Assembly (NCBI GenBank): GCA_043754535.1
Contig: JAYUUN010000090.1
Location: 62,001-94,735, forward strand
Origin: Chloroflexota bacterium
GTDB taxonomy: Bacteria; Chloroflexota; Chloroflexia; QHBQ01
DNA length: 32,735 bases
Reading direction: 5' to 3'
The notes beneath the pieces were generated by a model. It did not search any database and was not told where the DNA came from. It worked only from the letters and a program-made list of their open reading frames with translations. Each line of letters opens with the position of its first letter. Positions within the stretch are counted from its first letter, which is position 1. The position numbers and the translations under genes were made by a program. This document shows positions 23,668 through 32,735 of this stretch, piece after piece.

Positions 23668-26600
23668 TTAGCGGACGGTGAACTGGCCGCCATCACTGTG
23701 GCCGAACACGTCGGGGTAGTAGAGTAGCTCGACGTGAGCGGGCAGGTTCATGTACTGGCCGGGGGTAGTCGCCCTGGCGTAGTATTCGTAGACGTAGGTG
23801 CCGGGCGACAGGTAGCTGGCGAACAGTACCGTGCGGTCGTCGCGCATCTCTACGTTGTCGAACGGCCCCCACCGCCACCATCGCCAGCCGTAACCATAAT
23901 CCTCCGTCGGCATACCCGCTGGGTCGGCTACCTGCTGACCGCTGGGGTTCTGCGACCGCTCGGTGAACGAGGTTGTGTTCAGGGTGCCATTCACCCCTTC
24001 CAGGCCCGCTGGCAGGGGGTCGGTGACGAGCAGGTAGTAGGAGGTCTCCGGGGCAACGATGATCAGGCGCACCTTAACCAAATCGCCTGCTTTGGTGCTG
24101 GTGATTGGGCTGCTGCTCTCCACCCCGTTCGTCACCTGGTAGTAGCTACGGTTAATAGCCAATCCTTCGCTGCGTGCCTTGATCCCTTCGCCTGGCACGT
24201 AGTAGCGTAGCGATACCTGATAGTACATCTTGCCCTTGTCGCCCTGGCGGTTGAACTTGAGGTTGCCGAGGGTATTCTGCGGCATCCCGCTGACGGGCAG
24301 GCGCAGGGTAGTGGTTTGGGTCAGGTTGCTGCTGTTCGCTACTCCGTTGCCGAGTGGCTGGTCGAAGGCGGTCACGTTCCAACTGTAGTCGGCTAGCAGT
24401 TCCTTGCTTTCGGCGATGTAGTGGGCGAGGGCGATCAGGCTGATCGAGGTCTCTATCGTAGTCAGCCAATGGCCGTCGCGCTGGGCGGTCATCAGCCAAC
24501 GCACCGTCTTCGGCACTAGGGGGTCGCTGGGGCTGACCGCAATCAGCGCATCCAGGGCGAGGGCGGTTGCACGGTTGTCGGTCGCCATCGACCAGTAGTC
24601 GACCGCGTCTTCCTCCCAGTGCGCGGTTGTGCTGCTCTGCCGTGCGCTGGCTAGCAGGGTGTCTAGCACCTGCTTGGCGGCAACGGGCTGGCCGAGCCTC
24701 TGCAAGGCCATCGCGAGCCACGCCCGCGCATGGTTGCTCATCCGCGCCGATTGTTGCACCAGTAGGGTCGCTTCGCTGCTCAGCGAACCGCTCTGCTGGG
24801 TAGCCTGGGCCAGCACATAGACGGTGTAGGCCCGCATATTGAGGTTATAAACTTCGTCGTAGTCGCGATTGCTCTGCTCCTTGCTGAAGCGTTGCAGCCG
24901 CTCAATGCCCCGTTGCAGCATACTGGCTGGCACGTTGTAGCCAGCATCGCGGGCTGCTACCAGCCCCTGCACGACATAAGCGGTGTTCCACCAGCTTGAG
25001 GGGCCGCGCTCCCACCAGTCCCAACCGCCATCCCCCTGTTGCAGGTCGGCTAGCCGCTTGAACGACTTGTCGAGGATGGTCGGTAGTTCCTTGCTGAAGG
25101 GGGTGGTGCGCCCCTGCTCGCGGTAGGCTTTTTCTAGCACCACTAGTGGTAGGAAGCGGCTGGTGGTCTGTTCGCTGCACTCGTAGGGGTAGATTTCGAG
25201 GTAGCGCACCCCGTCTGCCGTCGCTGCTGCCAGCGAGGGTGAGACCTGCACGACGAGTTCGCCAAGCAGAGGATTGAGGCTGTACGGTAGGAAGATCGCT
25301 TCATCTGCACTGCCGTTGACTTCGCCGCTGGTGGCGACTGCTTCTGGGGCAGCGAAGGGCTTGACCGGCAGGCTCATCTCCACTGCATCTTCATAGTAAT
25401 TGCCGCTGCTGGTGTGTACCCAGTAGCGCAGCCCTGCGGTATCGCCCTTACCGACGGTGCCGAGCCAACCAACGAGTTGCTCCTCGCCAGCCGCGACAGT
25501 CACCGTCTGGCTGGTTGGCCCAGTAATGGTTAGCGCACCACTGGTGACCAGGCTAGCTTCGAGGGTCAGCGGGCCACCAGTGTAGTTGTGGATGATCGCC
25601 TGGGGGCGGGGGCTATCGCCAGTGGTGAGGAAGCGCGGATGCACAGGGCGCAGCAGCAACGGTTGGGTGACGGTGACCACGGTGCTACCCGCCCCAGCCC
25701 GCGTGTTCGCGTCGATGCCCTGGGTGGTCAATCGCCAGGTGGTCAGGTTGTCTGGGAAAGGGATGGCTATGGTGGCAGTGCCGTCTGCGCCAGTTGTCAC
25801 GCTGCCGCGCCAGTAGGCAGTATCGCGGAAGTCGGTTCGTACCTTCTGCGGCGCACTGGGCTGGGCGGCCTTCTGCTCGATTACGCCCGCGTTAGCGGTC
25901 GTGGGAGCAGCACTGCTTGCCACTCTGTCACGAGGTAGGCTGCTTTCCCCGTCCAGCGAGACACTATTCGCGGAATACATCTCATTAACGTAGCCACCCT
26001 CCAGGCCAAAGCTGGAGCCAGTCTGCACCGACACCCCGCGCTCGGCCCAATAGGTGGCGAATAGGTTGGTGGCGTTGTCGGCTTGCAAGGCGTAGATCGC
26101 CTCGTCTACTACAGCTAGAGCGAAGTCGCCTTGTACTGGGCGGCCCGCGCTGTCCTTCGTGCGGAGGGTGACGCTGACCGTGCTGCCGGGCAGGTAGGGT
26201 GACTGACCCTGCGGCTCCAGGCTGACGGTTAGCTTGCGTGGGGCAGTATTGAGGCTGAGATTGAGATAGCCAGAGCGCAAGCTGGCCTGCCGCCTATCCT
26301 GCGGACTGCCAACAGCAGGTGCGGCCACGCCGATGATCGTCAGGTTGAGGTAGACGTTGGGCAGGTCACCGTCTTCTAGCGGCACCTCGATAGTCGGCGC
26401 GCCCCCTTGCAGGCTGATCACCCGATAACGCTTGAGGTGGCCCCGCTCGATGGTCAGCAAAGCAGTGGCCTGGGTGTAGGGCGAGGTGATCAGGATGCGG
26501 GCGGTGTCACCGACGTTGTACTGCGGCTTGTCGGCCACCAGCTTGACCGCGTTCTCGTTGTCAAACCGCCAGGGGATGTAGTCGTAGCCGCTGCTGGCGA

Positions 26601-29600
26601 CCCACAACTGCACCCGCGTGTGGATCGTGTTGCCCCGTGTGTCGCGGCTCTCGGCTTGCACGCTGTAGTCACCGGCCTGCTGCGCCGTAAAGTAATAGCT
26701 GGCCCGGCCCTGCGCGTCGCTGCTGACGGTGGCCGTGCCAGCCTCGTTCTCGACCAGCCGATACTGCTCGTTGCTACCGTAGGTGGGTGCCACCCACTCA
26801 CGGCGGATGAAGGTCAGCTTGACGCTGGCGTTGGGGTGCAGGCTACCGTCGGCGTTGACCGTTCGCACAGTAATCGTGGTTGGCTGTTTGGCGGTGGCAA
26901 TATACTCGGCGCGCAGGCCAACGTAGAACTGACCCTGATGCACGATGGTGGTGGTGTTGGCGGCCACGGTCTGGTTGCTCAAGTCCTGCACCTGGCCCTC
27001 GATCAGCACGCTCTGGCTGCCTGCCGTGGTGCTAACGTACTGGGTGACATCCACCGTGGCGTAGCCTGCTTTGTCGCTGCGGGTCTGGAAGCTGCTAGTT
27101 TGCGGCTGCTCGCTCGGCTGGGGGAGGCCATAGCGATCAGTGGCGTAGTAGCTGTAGTAGGGCGGCTGTTCGCCAAAACTGTAGCTCTCACCGCTAATCG
27201 GGTCGCTCCAACCGAAGTAGTAGGGGCTGGTTTGCAGGTTGATCGTCGTCGTCACGTTACTGAGCGGGCCACCGAAGTAGTAACTGGTCTGCACCGTAGC
27301 GGTGATCGGGTCGCCCTTGATCGAACTCTCCTTCGCGGATACATCTACTTTGAAGTCGGGCTTCCGGTACTCCTGCACGCTAAAACTGGCATTGGTGTCG
27401 AAGATACCGTCACTACCAGTGTTGACATCCAGGCTGTAGCTGCCAACCGGCGCATCGCTGGGTAGGCTGAACTGGCCGTTGGTGGTGCCAAGTTGTGAGA
27501 TGCTAGTGGTGCCAGTATAGATCACGCGCTCACCATTGTTGGTGCGGGCTGTGACCCGCACCGTTGCCAGCTTGGCAGCAAGCGGCAGGCTGTAGCTTGC
27601 GTCATCGTCGGCGCGGAAGACAGCACGGTAGTAGACAACCTGGCTGGGACGGTAAATCGGGCGGTCAGTGTAGGCCGCTGACCGCTGTTGGCTGCTGCCA
27701 GAGGCATAGGACGCGTTCAGCCCAGCGTTCCGATTGCTGCTGACGAAAGCGACATCACCCTGCTGCGCCCCGATAACGACCAGGATGCTCCCCTCGGCAG
27801 CCGCGGCTAGCTTGAGGCGCACGGTACCATCGGCACCGGTGGTAACACTCTGGCTGACGGCGGCCAACTTGAACGGCCACTGCTCCACGCGCAGAGCATA
27901 GTTTGCCTTCGGCTTGCCATTGGCGAGGTCAACCGCCCAGACCAGCAAATCCCTGCCCTCGCGCTTGGTGACCAGCCCAGTGCGGCCAACGACAAGGACA
28001 GCCGCGCCTTGCAGGGGGTATTGGCTTGCGTAGGGGTTGGCAGCGGAGACCCGCACGAAGTAGTAGCCGACGGGTAGGCGGTCACCCTGCCCATCCAGGC
28101 TGAGGGGCAGATAGTTGATGCTAGCCTTGCTCACGCTCTTTGTCACCGCCGCCGTCCAGGTGCGTTTGAGCGTGCCTGGGTAGACAGGGGTTGGTTGATA
28201 CTCGCGGGTGGGCTGCAAGGCTTCCCGCAAGTCGGCTTCGCTGAATTGGTAGAGTTCGAGCTGCACCTTGTCGAGGTTGACCGCATCCACACGCAGGCGG
28301 GCGGGATTGTCGGCAAGGAGCGGCTGCCATTGGCCGCCCTTTACCTCCAGGCTGGCGGGCAGCGGCCCAATCTGCACTTGCCACTCGGCGGACGCAACAT
28401 CGAAGCCCCACTTGTCCTTCAACCCCGCCTTGAGGCTGAAGCGGTAGGTGGTGTCCGCCAGCAAGCGCAGGCCGCTGCTGTAAACGGTGGTGCCAGCAGA
28501 GTCGATCTCCAGCCTGCCAAGATAGCCCTCTGGCTTTGGCTCAACCGTCAGGTAGGAAGAAACATCCTGGCTCGGCTTGAGCGGGTTGTTGAAGGTGAAG
28601 CTGAAGCTGTCACTGGGCTGGGGCTGGCCGTTATCGTTACTGGGGTAGTGCGCCGAGACGCGGGTAGCGGTGGTGGAGAAGAACGAAAAGCCAGCGGTGG
28701 GTTGCTCAAGCTGCACGCTGGTCCCAGTGGCAGCCTTGACCGCACCGAAGCTGGCGCGATAGCCCTGGCTAAACTTGAGCAGGTTGGTGGGCGTAAAGAC
28801 GAAGCTACTGCCCTCATCGTTCCAGGCGAAGCGGCCAGCCACGCGCTGCTCACCCTGCAAGGTGAAGGCTTGCTCGACCGAGGGGCGATCCATCGGCTGG
28901 TTGAAGCTGACGCTGATTACGCCATCCAGCGGCACGGTGTAACCTTGCGGCGCGAAGCTGGTGATCGCGGGGCGGATCGTGCTAAAGCTAAAGCTGCTAG
29001 CCTGGGCCAAAGGAACGCCGCTGTAGTCGGGCCAACCTGCCTTGACGCTGATCACATAGTCGGTGGCGGGGGCGAAGCCGCTATCGGCTCGGAAGCCAAC
29101 CGCCGCCGTCCCCAGCCAGACCCAGCGGCCAGTCACCGCCGGGCTGATCGTCAGCCACTGGCTGGCATCTGGCTGATTGTCCAAGGCAGTCAGTGGGATC
29201 ATTGGGCGGCTGAAGCTAAGGCTAACCAGCACATTGATCGGCACCTCCTTTGTCCCCGCGCTAGGCAGCGTGCGAAGGATGGTGGGTGGGGCTGCGGTGA
29301 GGAAGCGGGCGACTAGCGGCGCAGCCAGTACCTTCCCTCCTACGGTGCGCGCCGCCGCTGCCACGTTGACTGTATAGACTGTGCTGGCCCGCAAGGGTTG
29401 GGCGGGGGTAAAGAGCAGCGTGTCGCCCTGCCAGGCGTAGCTACCAGGGGCGGCAGGGTTGAGGCTGAAGGCCGCCTGCGCCGACTGCTGATCCATAGGC
29501 TCCGAGAAGGTGACGGCCAGCGGTGCTGCCCCACTGATGTCGCCTGCCCGCATACCCACCCCAGCGGTTAGGCCCAGGACGTGGGGGCCAGCGATCACCA

Positions 29601-29931
29601 GGCCTGGCTCAGGGGTGAAGGTGGCTGCCCCATCGGGCAACTGCGCCCGCACTGTCGCCAGAGGGCCAGCGGTCGGGCTAGCAGCCAGTGGCGTGGCAGT
29701 AAGCAACAACGCCACGGCAGTAGGGCTGGCTGGCTCTATTGTGCGGCTGACGGTTGGTAGTATAGCAACCACGGTAGCGGTAGGGGTGGCATTGCCTGCG
29801 AAGGGTGAGAGGGGACTGGCAGCCCAACCGACCAGCGCAACGATCAGCACGAGGGCTGCGCCAGCGGCAAACGGCAAGCGTGGATGAGCGGGAGGAGGGT
29901 TGCCCGGTGTGCTGGTCTGACTATCGTTCAT
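23668..29931 (-). CDS. Alpha-2-macroglobulin family protein with N-terminal TM anchor and several Big_5-type Ig domains, 2087 aa
   Basis: TDRPIYRP, EYRKPDF, LAVVDEA, RTDFRDTAYW, PDNLTTWR, thioester YPYECSEQTTSR, DPLPAGLE, C-terminal YYPDVFG. Ig repeats with FSEPMD/FSRPM/FNQPMD. Confidence 0.95.
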   Translation of the reverse strand: MNDSQTSTPGNPPPAHPRLPFAAGAALVLIVALVGWAASPLSPFAGNATPTATVVAILPTVSRTIEPASPTAVALLLTATPLAASPTAGPLATVRAQLPDGAATFTPEPGLVIAGPHVLGLTAGVGMRAGDISGAAPLAVTFSEPMDQQSAQAAFSLNPAAPGSYAWQGDTLLFTPAQPLRASTVYTVNVAAAARTVGGKVLAAPLVARFLTAAPPTILRTLPSAGTKEVPINVLVSLSFSRPMIPLTALDNQPDASQWLTISPAVTGRWVWLGTAAVGFRADSGFAPATDYVISVKAGWPDYSGVPLAQASSFSFSTIRPAITSFAPQGYTVPLDGVISVSFNQPMDRPSVEQAFTLQGEQRVAGRFAWNDEGSSFVFTPTNLLKFSQGYRASFGAVKAATGTSVQLEQPTAGFSFFSTTATRVSAHYPSNDNGQPQPSDSFSFTFNNPLKPSQDVSSYLTVEPKPEGYLGRLEIDSAGTTVYSSGLRLLADTTYRFSLKAGLKDKWGFDVASAEWQVQIGPLPASLEVKGGQWQPLLADNPARLRVDAVNLDKVQLELYQFSEADLREALQPTREYQPTPVYPGTLKRTWTAAVTKSVSKASINYLPLSLDGQGDRLPVGYYFVRVSAANPYASQYPLQGAAVLVVGRTGLVTKREGRDLLVWAVDLANGKPKANYALRVEQWPFKLAAVSQSVTTGADGTVRLKLAAAAEGSILVVIGAQQGDVAFVSSNRNAGLNASYASGSSQQRSAAYTDRPIYRPSQVVYYRAVFRADDDASYSLPLAAKLATVRVTARTNNGERVIYTGTTSISQLGTTNGQFSLPSDAPVGSYSLDVNTGSDGIFDTNASFSVQEYRKPDFKVDVSAKESSIKGDPITATVQTSYYFGGPLSNVTTTINLQTSPYYFGWSDPISGESYSFGEQPPYYSYYATDRYGLPQPSEQPQTSSFQTRSDKAGYATVDVTQYVSTTAGSQSVLIEGQVQDLSNQTVAANTTTIVHQGQFYVGLRAEYIATAKQPTTITVRTVNADGSLHPNASVKLTFIRREWVAPTYGSNEQYRLVENEAGTATVSSDAQGRASYYFTAQQAGDYSVQAESRDTRGNTIHTRVQLWVASSGYDYIPWRFDNENAVKLVADKPQYNVGDTARILITSPYTQATALLTIERGHLKRYRVISLQGGAPTIEVPLEDGDLPNVYLNLTIIGVAAPAVGSPQDRRQASLRSGYLNLSLNTAPRKLTVSLEPQGQSPYLPGSTVSVTLRTKDSAGRPVQGDFALAVVDEAIYALQADNATNLFATYWAERGVSVQTGSSFGLEGGYVNEMYSANSVSLDGESSLPRDRVASSAAPTTANAGVIEQKAAQPSAPQKVRTDFRDTAYWRGSVTTGADGTATIAIPFPDNLTTWRLTTQGIDANTRAGAGSTVVTVTQPLLLRPVHPRFLTTGDSPRPQAIIHNYTGGPLTLEASLVTSGALTITGPTSQTVTVAAGEEQLVGWLGTVGKGDTAGLRYWVHTSSGNYYEDAVEMSLPVKPFAAPEAVATSGEVNGSADEAIFLPYSLNPLLGELVVQVSPSLAAATADGVRYLEIYPYECSEQTTSRFLPLVVLEKAYREQGRTTPFSKELPTILDKSFKRLADLQQGDGGWDWWERGPSSWWNTAYVVQGLVAARDAGYNVPASMLQRGIERLQRFSKEQSNRDYDEVYNLNMRAYTVYVLAQATQQSGSLSSEATLLVQQSARMSNHARAWLAMALQRLGQPVAAKQVLDTLLASARQSSTTAHWEEDAVDYWSMATDNRATALALDALIAVSPSDPLVPKTVRWLMTAQRDGHWLTTIETSISLIALAHYIAESKELLADYSWNVTAFDQPLGNGVANSSNLTQTTTLRLPVSGMPQNTLGNLKFNRQGDKGKMYYQVSLRYYVPGEGIKARSEGLAINRSYYQVTNGVESSSPITSTKAGDLVKVRLIIVAPETSYYLLVTDPLPAGLEGVNGTLNTTSFTERSQNPSGQQVADPAGMPTEDYGYGWRWWRWGPFDNVEMRDDRTVLFASYLSPGTYVYEYYARATTPGQYMNLPAHVELLYYPDVFGHSDGGQFTVR

Positions 29932-30196
29932 TGATTTGAGCCTTTCCTAAGTCAAGTAGTTCACAACAGATGCTAGCAGCAAGCGGCTGCTTTGTCAATC
30001 CAGACGACGGCGCGGGCCAAAAAGTTCCCATAGAAGGAGCTTGCTATGTTGTGATACAATACGTTCAACTAAAACGTGGCACAACCTGCCCCTAGTACGA
30101 GGGGAAGTGGTTTTCAGGTCAAGATTTAGCGAGAGGCGGGCAGCCACCTCATGAAGCGCGTAGTGCAGAGTAGCGATTAGTGAAGAAGGTGAGATT

Positions 30197-31408
30197 ATGC
30201 AAGACCAGGCCAGTGACAACAAGCGGCTAAGTCGCCGCACGTTCCTGCGTGGCGGTGGGCTGCTGCTGGGAGCAGCGGCAGTAGCCCCGCTGCTCGGCCC
30301 AGCGGAGGTAATGGCCGCTAGCACGAAGGGTATGACCGCCGCCGCCAGCACGAAGGGTATGAGGGCAGGGCCGCAAATCGGGCTGCTGCTGCCACACTCG
30401 ACCCTCTACCCTACCCTCGGCTCAGAGTTCCGCCTGGGGCTACAACAGGGCTTCGTCGCCGCTGGGGTGCAACCGAAGCAGGTAGCAGTGGCAACCATCG
30501 GCGGTCAGGGCGGCACCTACGGTAGGGCCAAGAGCCTGCTCGAAGGGGGGGCTGAAGTGCTGGTCGGCTGGCTGACCCCGGCGATGGCCGACCGCCTCGG
30601 CGACCTCTGTCAGCAGCACGGCGCGAGCCTGCTAGCCGTCAGCCTCGGTGAGAATCTAGCGACGAAGCAGCAGCACCCGACCGTGCTGCTGCACAGCCTG
30701 CAAGAGTGGCAGGCGAGTTGGGCATTGGGTACCTGGGCAGCGCAGAACGTGGGCAGACGGGTGCTGATCGCCGCTGCGAACTATGAGGCCGCCTATGACA
30801 GCGTAGCCGCCTTCCAAGAGGGCGTTATCGCGGGGGGTGGCACGATAGCCGAGCGGGTGATCACGCATGGCTCGCAAGAGCAGCCCGACCTTGACCAACT
30901 GCTCCAGCGCATCACCGCTAGCCGCCCCGACGCTGTGTACGCCGCATATAGCGGCCAGCCCGCCACCAACTTCCTACGCGCATACGACAGCATGGGTAAG
31001 GGGCGGCCCACCCTGCTCTGCAATCCCACGCTGGCCGAAATCGCCCCGGCTGGCAGCTATAGTGCCACTGCCTGGCCCACCTCCGACAGCGCGGCCAGCC
31101 AGCAATTCGTGGCTGCCTGCCAGCAAGCGGGGCTGCGCCCCAGCCGCATTGCGCTGCTCGGCTATGAGGCCGCCAGTCTGTTGAGCGCGGCGGCTAGCAG
31201 CGGGGTACCCCTCGGTCAGGCCCGCTGTGAAGGGCCACGCGGTAGCCTCGCCCTCGACCATGCCAGCCAAAGCAGTAGCGCGTCATTCTACTTGCGCCAG
31301 GCTCATGCAAGCGACCGCGAGACCCTACGTGGCCCCAGCCTCGAAGCGGCCAGCGGTCTGCGGATGGCGATCCAGAGCGGTCTGCTTGAAGCCTATCTTA
31401 GTATCTAG
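30197..31408 (+). CDS. Tat-exported periplasmic-binding-protein type 1 (LivJ-like) substrate-binding protein
   Basis: SRRTFLRG twin-arginine signal, IGLLLP, PDAVYAAYSG, LLGYEAA. Short ASTKGM duplication near the signal end. Confidence 0.82.
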   Translation: MQDQASDNKRLSRRTFLRGGGLLLGAAAVAPLLGPAEVMAASTKGMTAAASTKGMRAGPQIGLLLPHSTLYPTLGSEFRLGLQQGFVAAGVQPKQVAVATIGGQGGTYGRAKSLLEGGAEVLVGWLTPAMADRLGDLCQQHGASLLAVSLGENLATKQQHPTVLLHSLQEWQASWALGTWAAQNVGRRVLIAAANYEAAYDSVAAFQEGVIAGGGTIAERVITHGSQEQPDLDQLLQRITASRPDAVYAAYSGQPATNFLRAYDSMGKGRPTLLCNPTLAEIAPAGSYSATAWPTSDSAASQQFVAACQQAGLRPSRIALLGYEAASLLSAAASSGVPLGQARCEGPRGSLALDHASQSSSASFYLRQAHASDRETLRGPSLEAASGLRMAIQSGLLEAYLSI

Positions 31409-31422
31409 CAAGGAGTTCACCC

Positions 31423-32511
31423 ATGTCAGACCCTTTCATTGGCGAGATCAAGATGTTCGCCTTCGACTTCCTCCCGAACGGCTGGCGGTTCTGCGATGGG
31501 CAGTTGCTGTCGATCAGCCAGAACACGGCTCTCTTTTCTCTGCTTGGCACCAACTATGGTGGCGATGGGCGCACCACCTTCGCCCTGCCCGACCTGCGTA
31601 GTCGCGCTCCTCTCCACTACGGCCAGGGGCTGGGCCTCAGTGCCTACAGCCTCGGTCAGACGGGCGGCGAAGAAAGTCACACCCTGACCAGCAACGAGAT
31701 GCCTAGCCACAGCCACACCGTGCAGGCCAACAGCGGCAATGGTACCAGCACCACGCCAACCAGCAACTACTGGGCAGCATCGTCACAAGGTAACAACCTC
31801 TACTCGGCCAGTGCCGACAGCCTGATGAATGCTGGGGCCATCGCCAATGTCGGCGGCCAGGCCCACGAGAACCGCCAGCCTTTGCTGGCCCTCAACTACT
31901 CCATTGCCATGCAAGGTATCTATCCCTCGCGCAGTGCAGCCCCGACTGCTGCCCCCGCTGACCGCCCCCAAAATGCTACGCCCTACCTGGGCGAGATCAT
32001 CATGTTCGGCAGCAACTTCGCCCCGGCGGGCTGGGCGTTCTGCAACGGGCAGCTACTCGCCATCTCGCAGAACGATGCTCTTTTCTCCCTGCTCGGCACC
32101 ACCTACGGGGGCGATGGACAGAGTACCTTTGCCCTGCCCGACCTGCGCTCGCGTACTGCGGTTCACCGTGGGCAGGGGCCGGGCCTCAGCAGCTACATCA
32201 TCGGCCAGGCGTTGGGGGTGGAGCAGGTGACGCTGAGCAACAACCAGTTGCCTAGCCACAGCCACGCCGCCCGCGCTCAGTCCGCAGCAGGAGAGAGCAA
32301 GCTACCAACCGGCAACTACTGGGCGCAGAGCACGAACGGTGACCTGCACTACAAGGATAGTGCAAGTCAGAGCCTCGCTGCTGCCAGCATCTCCACCGCC
32401 AGCGGCGGCAGCCAGCCGCACCAGAACATCCAACCCTACCTGGCGACCAACTTTGTAATCGCGGTAGAGGGTATTTATCCCTCGCCAGGACTAGCTGAAG
32501 GAGGCAACTAA
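31423..32511 (+). CDS. Tandem fusion of two phage tail-collar / MdpB-like (microcystin-dependent protein) units
   Basis: Two copies of P[FY][IL]GEI.MF...W..C.GQLL.ISQN.ALFSLLGT.YGGDG..TFALPDLR...H.N.QP.LA...IA..GIYPS joined by an Ala/Pro linker. Confidence 0.9.
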   Translation: MSDPFIGEIKMFAFDFLPNGWRFCDGQLLSISQNTALFSLLGTNYGGDGRTTFALPDLRSRAPLHYGQGLGLSAYSLGQTGGEESHTLTSNEMPSHSHTVQANSGNGTSTTPTSNYWAASSQGNNLYSASADSLMNAGAIANVGGQAHENRQPLLALNYSIAMQGIYPSRSAAPTAAPADRPQNATPYLGEIIMFGSNFAPAGWAFCNGQLLAISQNDALFSLLGTTYGGDGQSTFALPDLRSRTAVHRGQGPGLSSYIIGQALGVEQVTLSNNQLPSHSHAARAQSAAGESKLPTGNYWAQSTNGDLHYKDSASQSLAAASISTASGGSQPHQNIQPYLATNFVIAVEGIYPSPGLAEGGN

Positions 32512-32735
32512 TGTCCGAGCCTTTCCTGGGTGAGATTCGCATCCTCCCATACAACTTTGCGCCACGGGGTTGGGCGCAGTGCGATGGGCAGCTACTGGCA
32601 ATCAGTCAGAACACGGCCTTGTTCTCCCTACTCGGCACCTACTATGGTGGCGATGGGCGCACCAACTTCGCCCTGCCCGACTTCCGCAGCAGTGTCCCTC
32701 TGCACTTCGGCCAGGGGCCAGGCCTCACCGACTAC
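32511..32735 (+). CDS. Third tail-collar / MdpB-like protein, truncated by the window edge
   Basis: Translated by hand: MSEPFLGEIRILPYNFAPRGWAQCDGQLLAISQNTALFSLLGTYYGGDGRTNFALPDF. TAATG overlap with the previous gene and an AAGGAGG RBS. Confidence 0.9.
   Translation, partial: MSEPFLGEIRILPYNFAPRGWAQCDGQLLAISQNTALFSLLGTYYGGDGRTNFALPDFRSSVPLHFGQGPGLTDY

Noticed and set aside
31423..32735. Prophage interpretation of the tail-collar genes
   Set aside because: No integrase, capsid, terminase, sheath or baseplate genes in the window, and the context matches cellular MdpB-like clusters. Sequence beyond the edge is unseen.

Overview
A GC-rich bacterial chromosomal segment, most likely Chloroflexota. 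This is inferred from two secreted proteins carrying the 'W..HGGL.QFG[FY]PI....QYFERA.FE.HPE' repeat typical of that phylum. No mobile element, CRISPR array, rRNA or tRNA was seen. In order, the window holds: a partial secreted protein; an ANT(4')-I/kanamycin-nucleotidyltransferase homologue coupled to a ClbS/DfsB-type four-helix bundle; a CobW/COG0523 GTPase overlapping a convergent SDR; a DUF5939-type class III adenylate cyclase; an arsR-[unannotated 29-aa Cys-pair peptide]-arsC module with twin operators and no efflux pump; a PAP2-like membrane protein; an 88-aa poly-Asp/Glu protein; a PhoR-like kinase with a PstS-fold lipoprotein whose phosphate-binding residues look degenerate, followed by a five-unit 11-bp Pho-box-like array pointing into a structured non-coding region; three secreted cell-envelope proteins (GH99-like, SLH/beta-propeller, repeat/propeller); a DrrAB-type ABC exporter; NarL-type and single-domain response regulators; an XRE-TPR regulator; a 2087-aa alpha-2-macroglobulin; and a Tat-exported binding protein followed by tail-collar (MdpB-like) genes. 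The strongest candidates for an undescribed system are the ArsR-regulated metallothionein-like mini-peptide and the PhoR / pseudo-PstS / Pho-box / candidate sRNA / polyacidic-protein locus. All family assignments come from motif recognition by eye; no searches were run.
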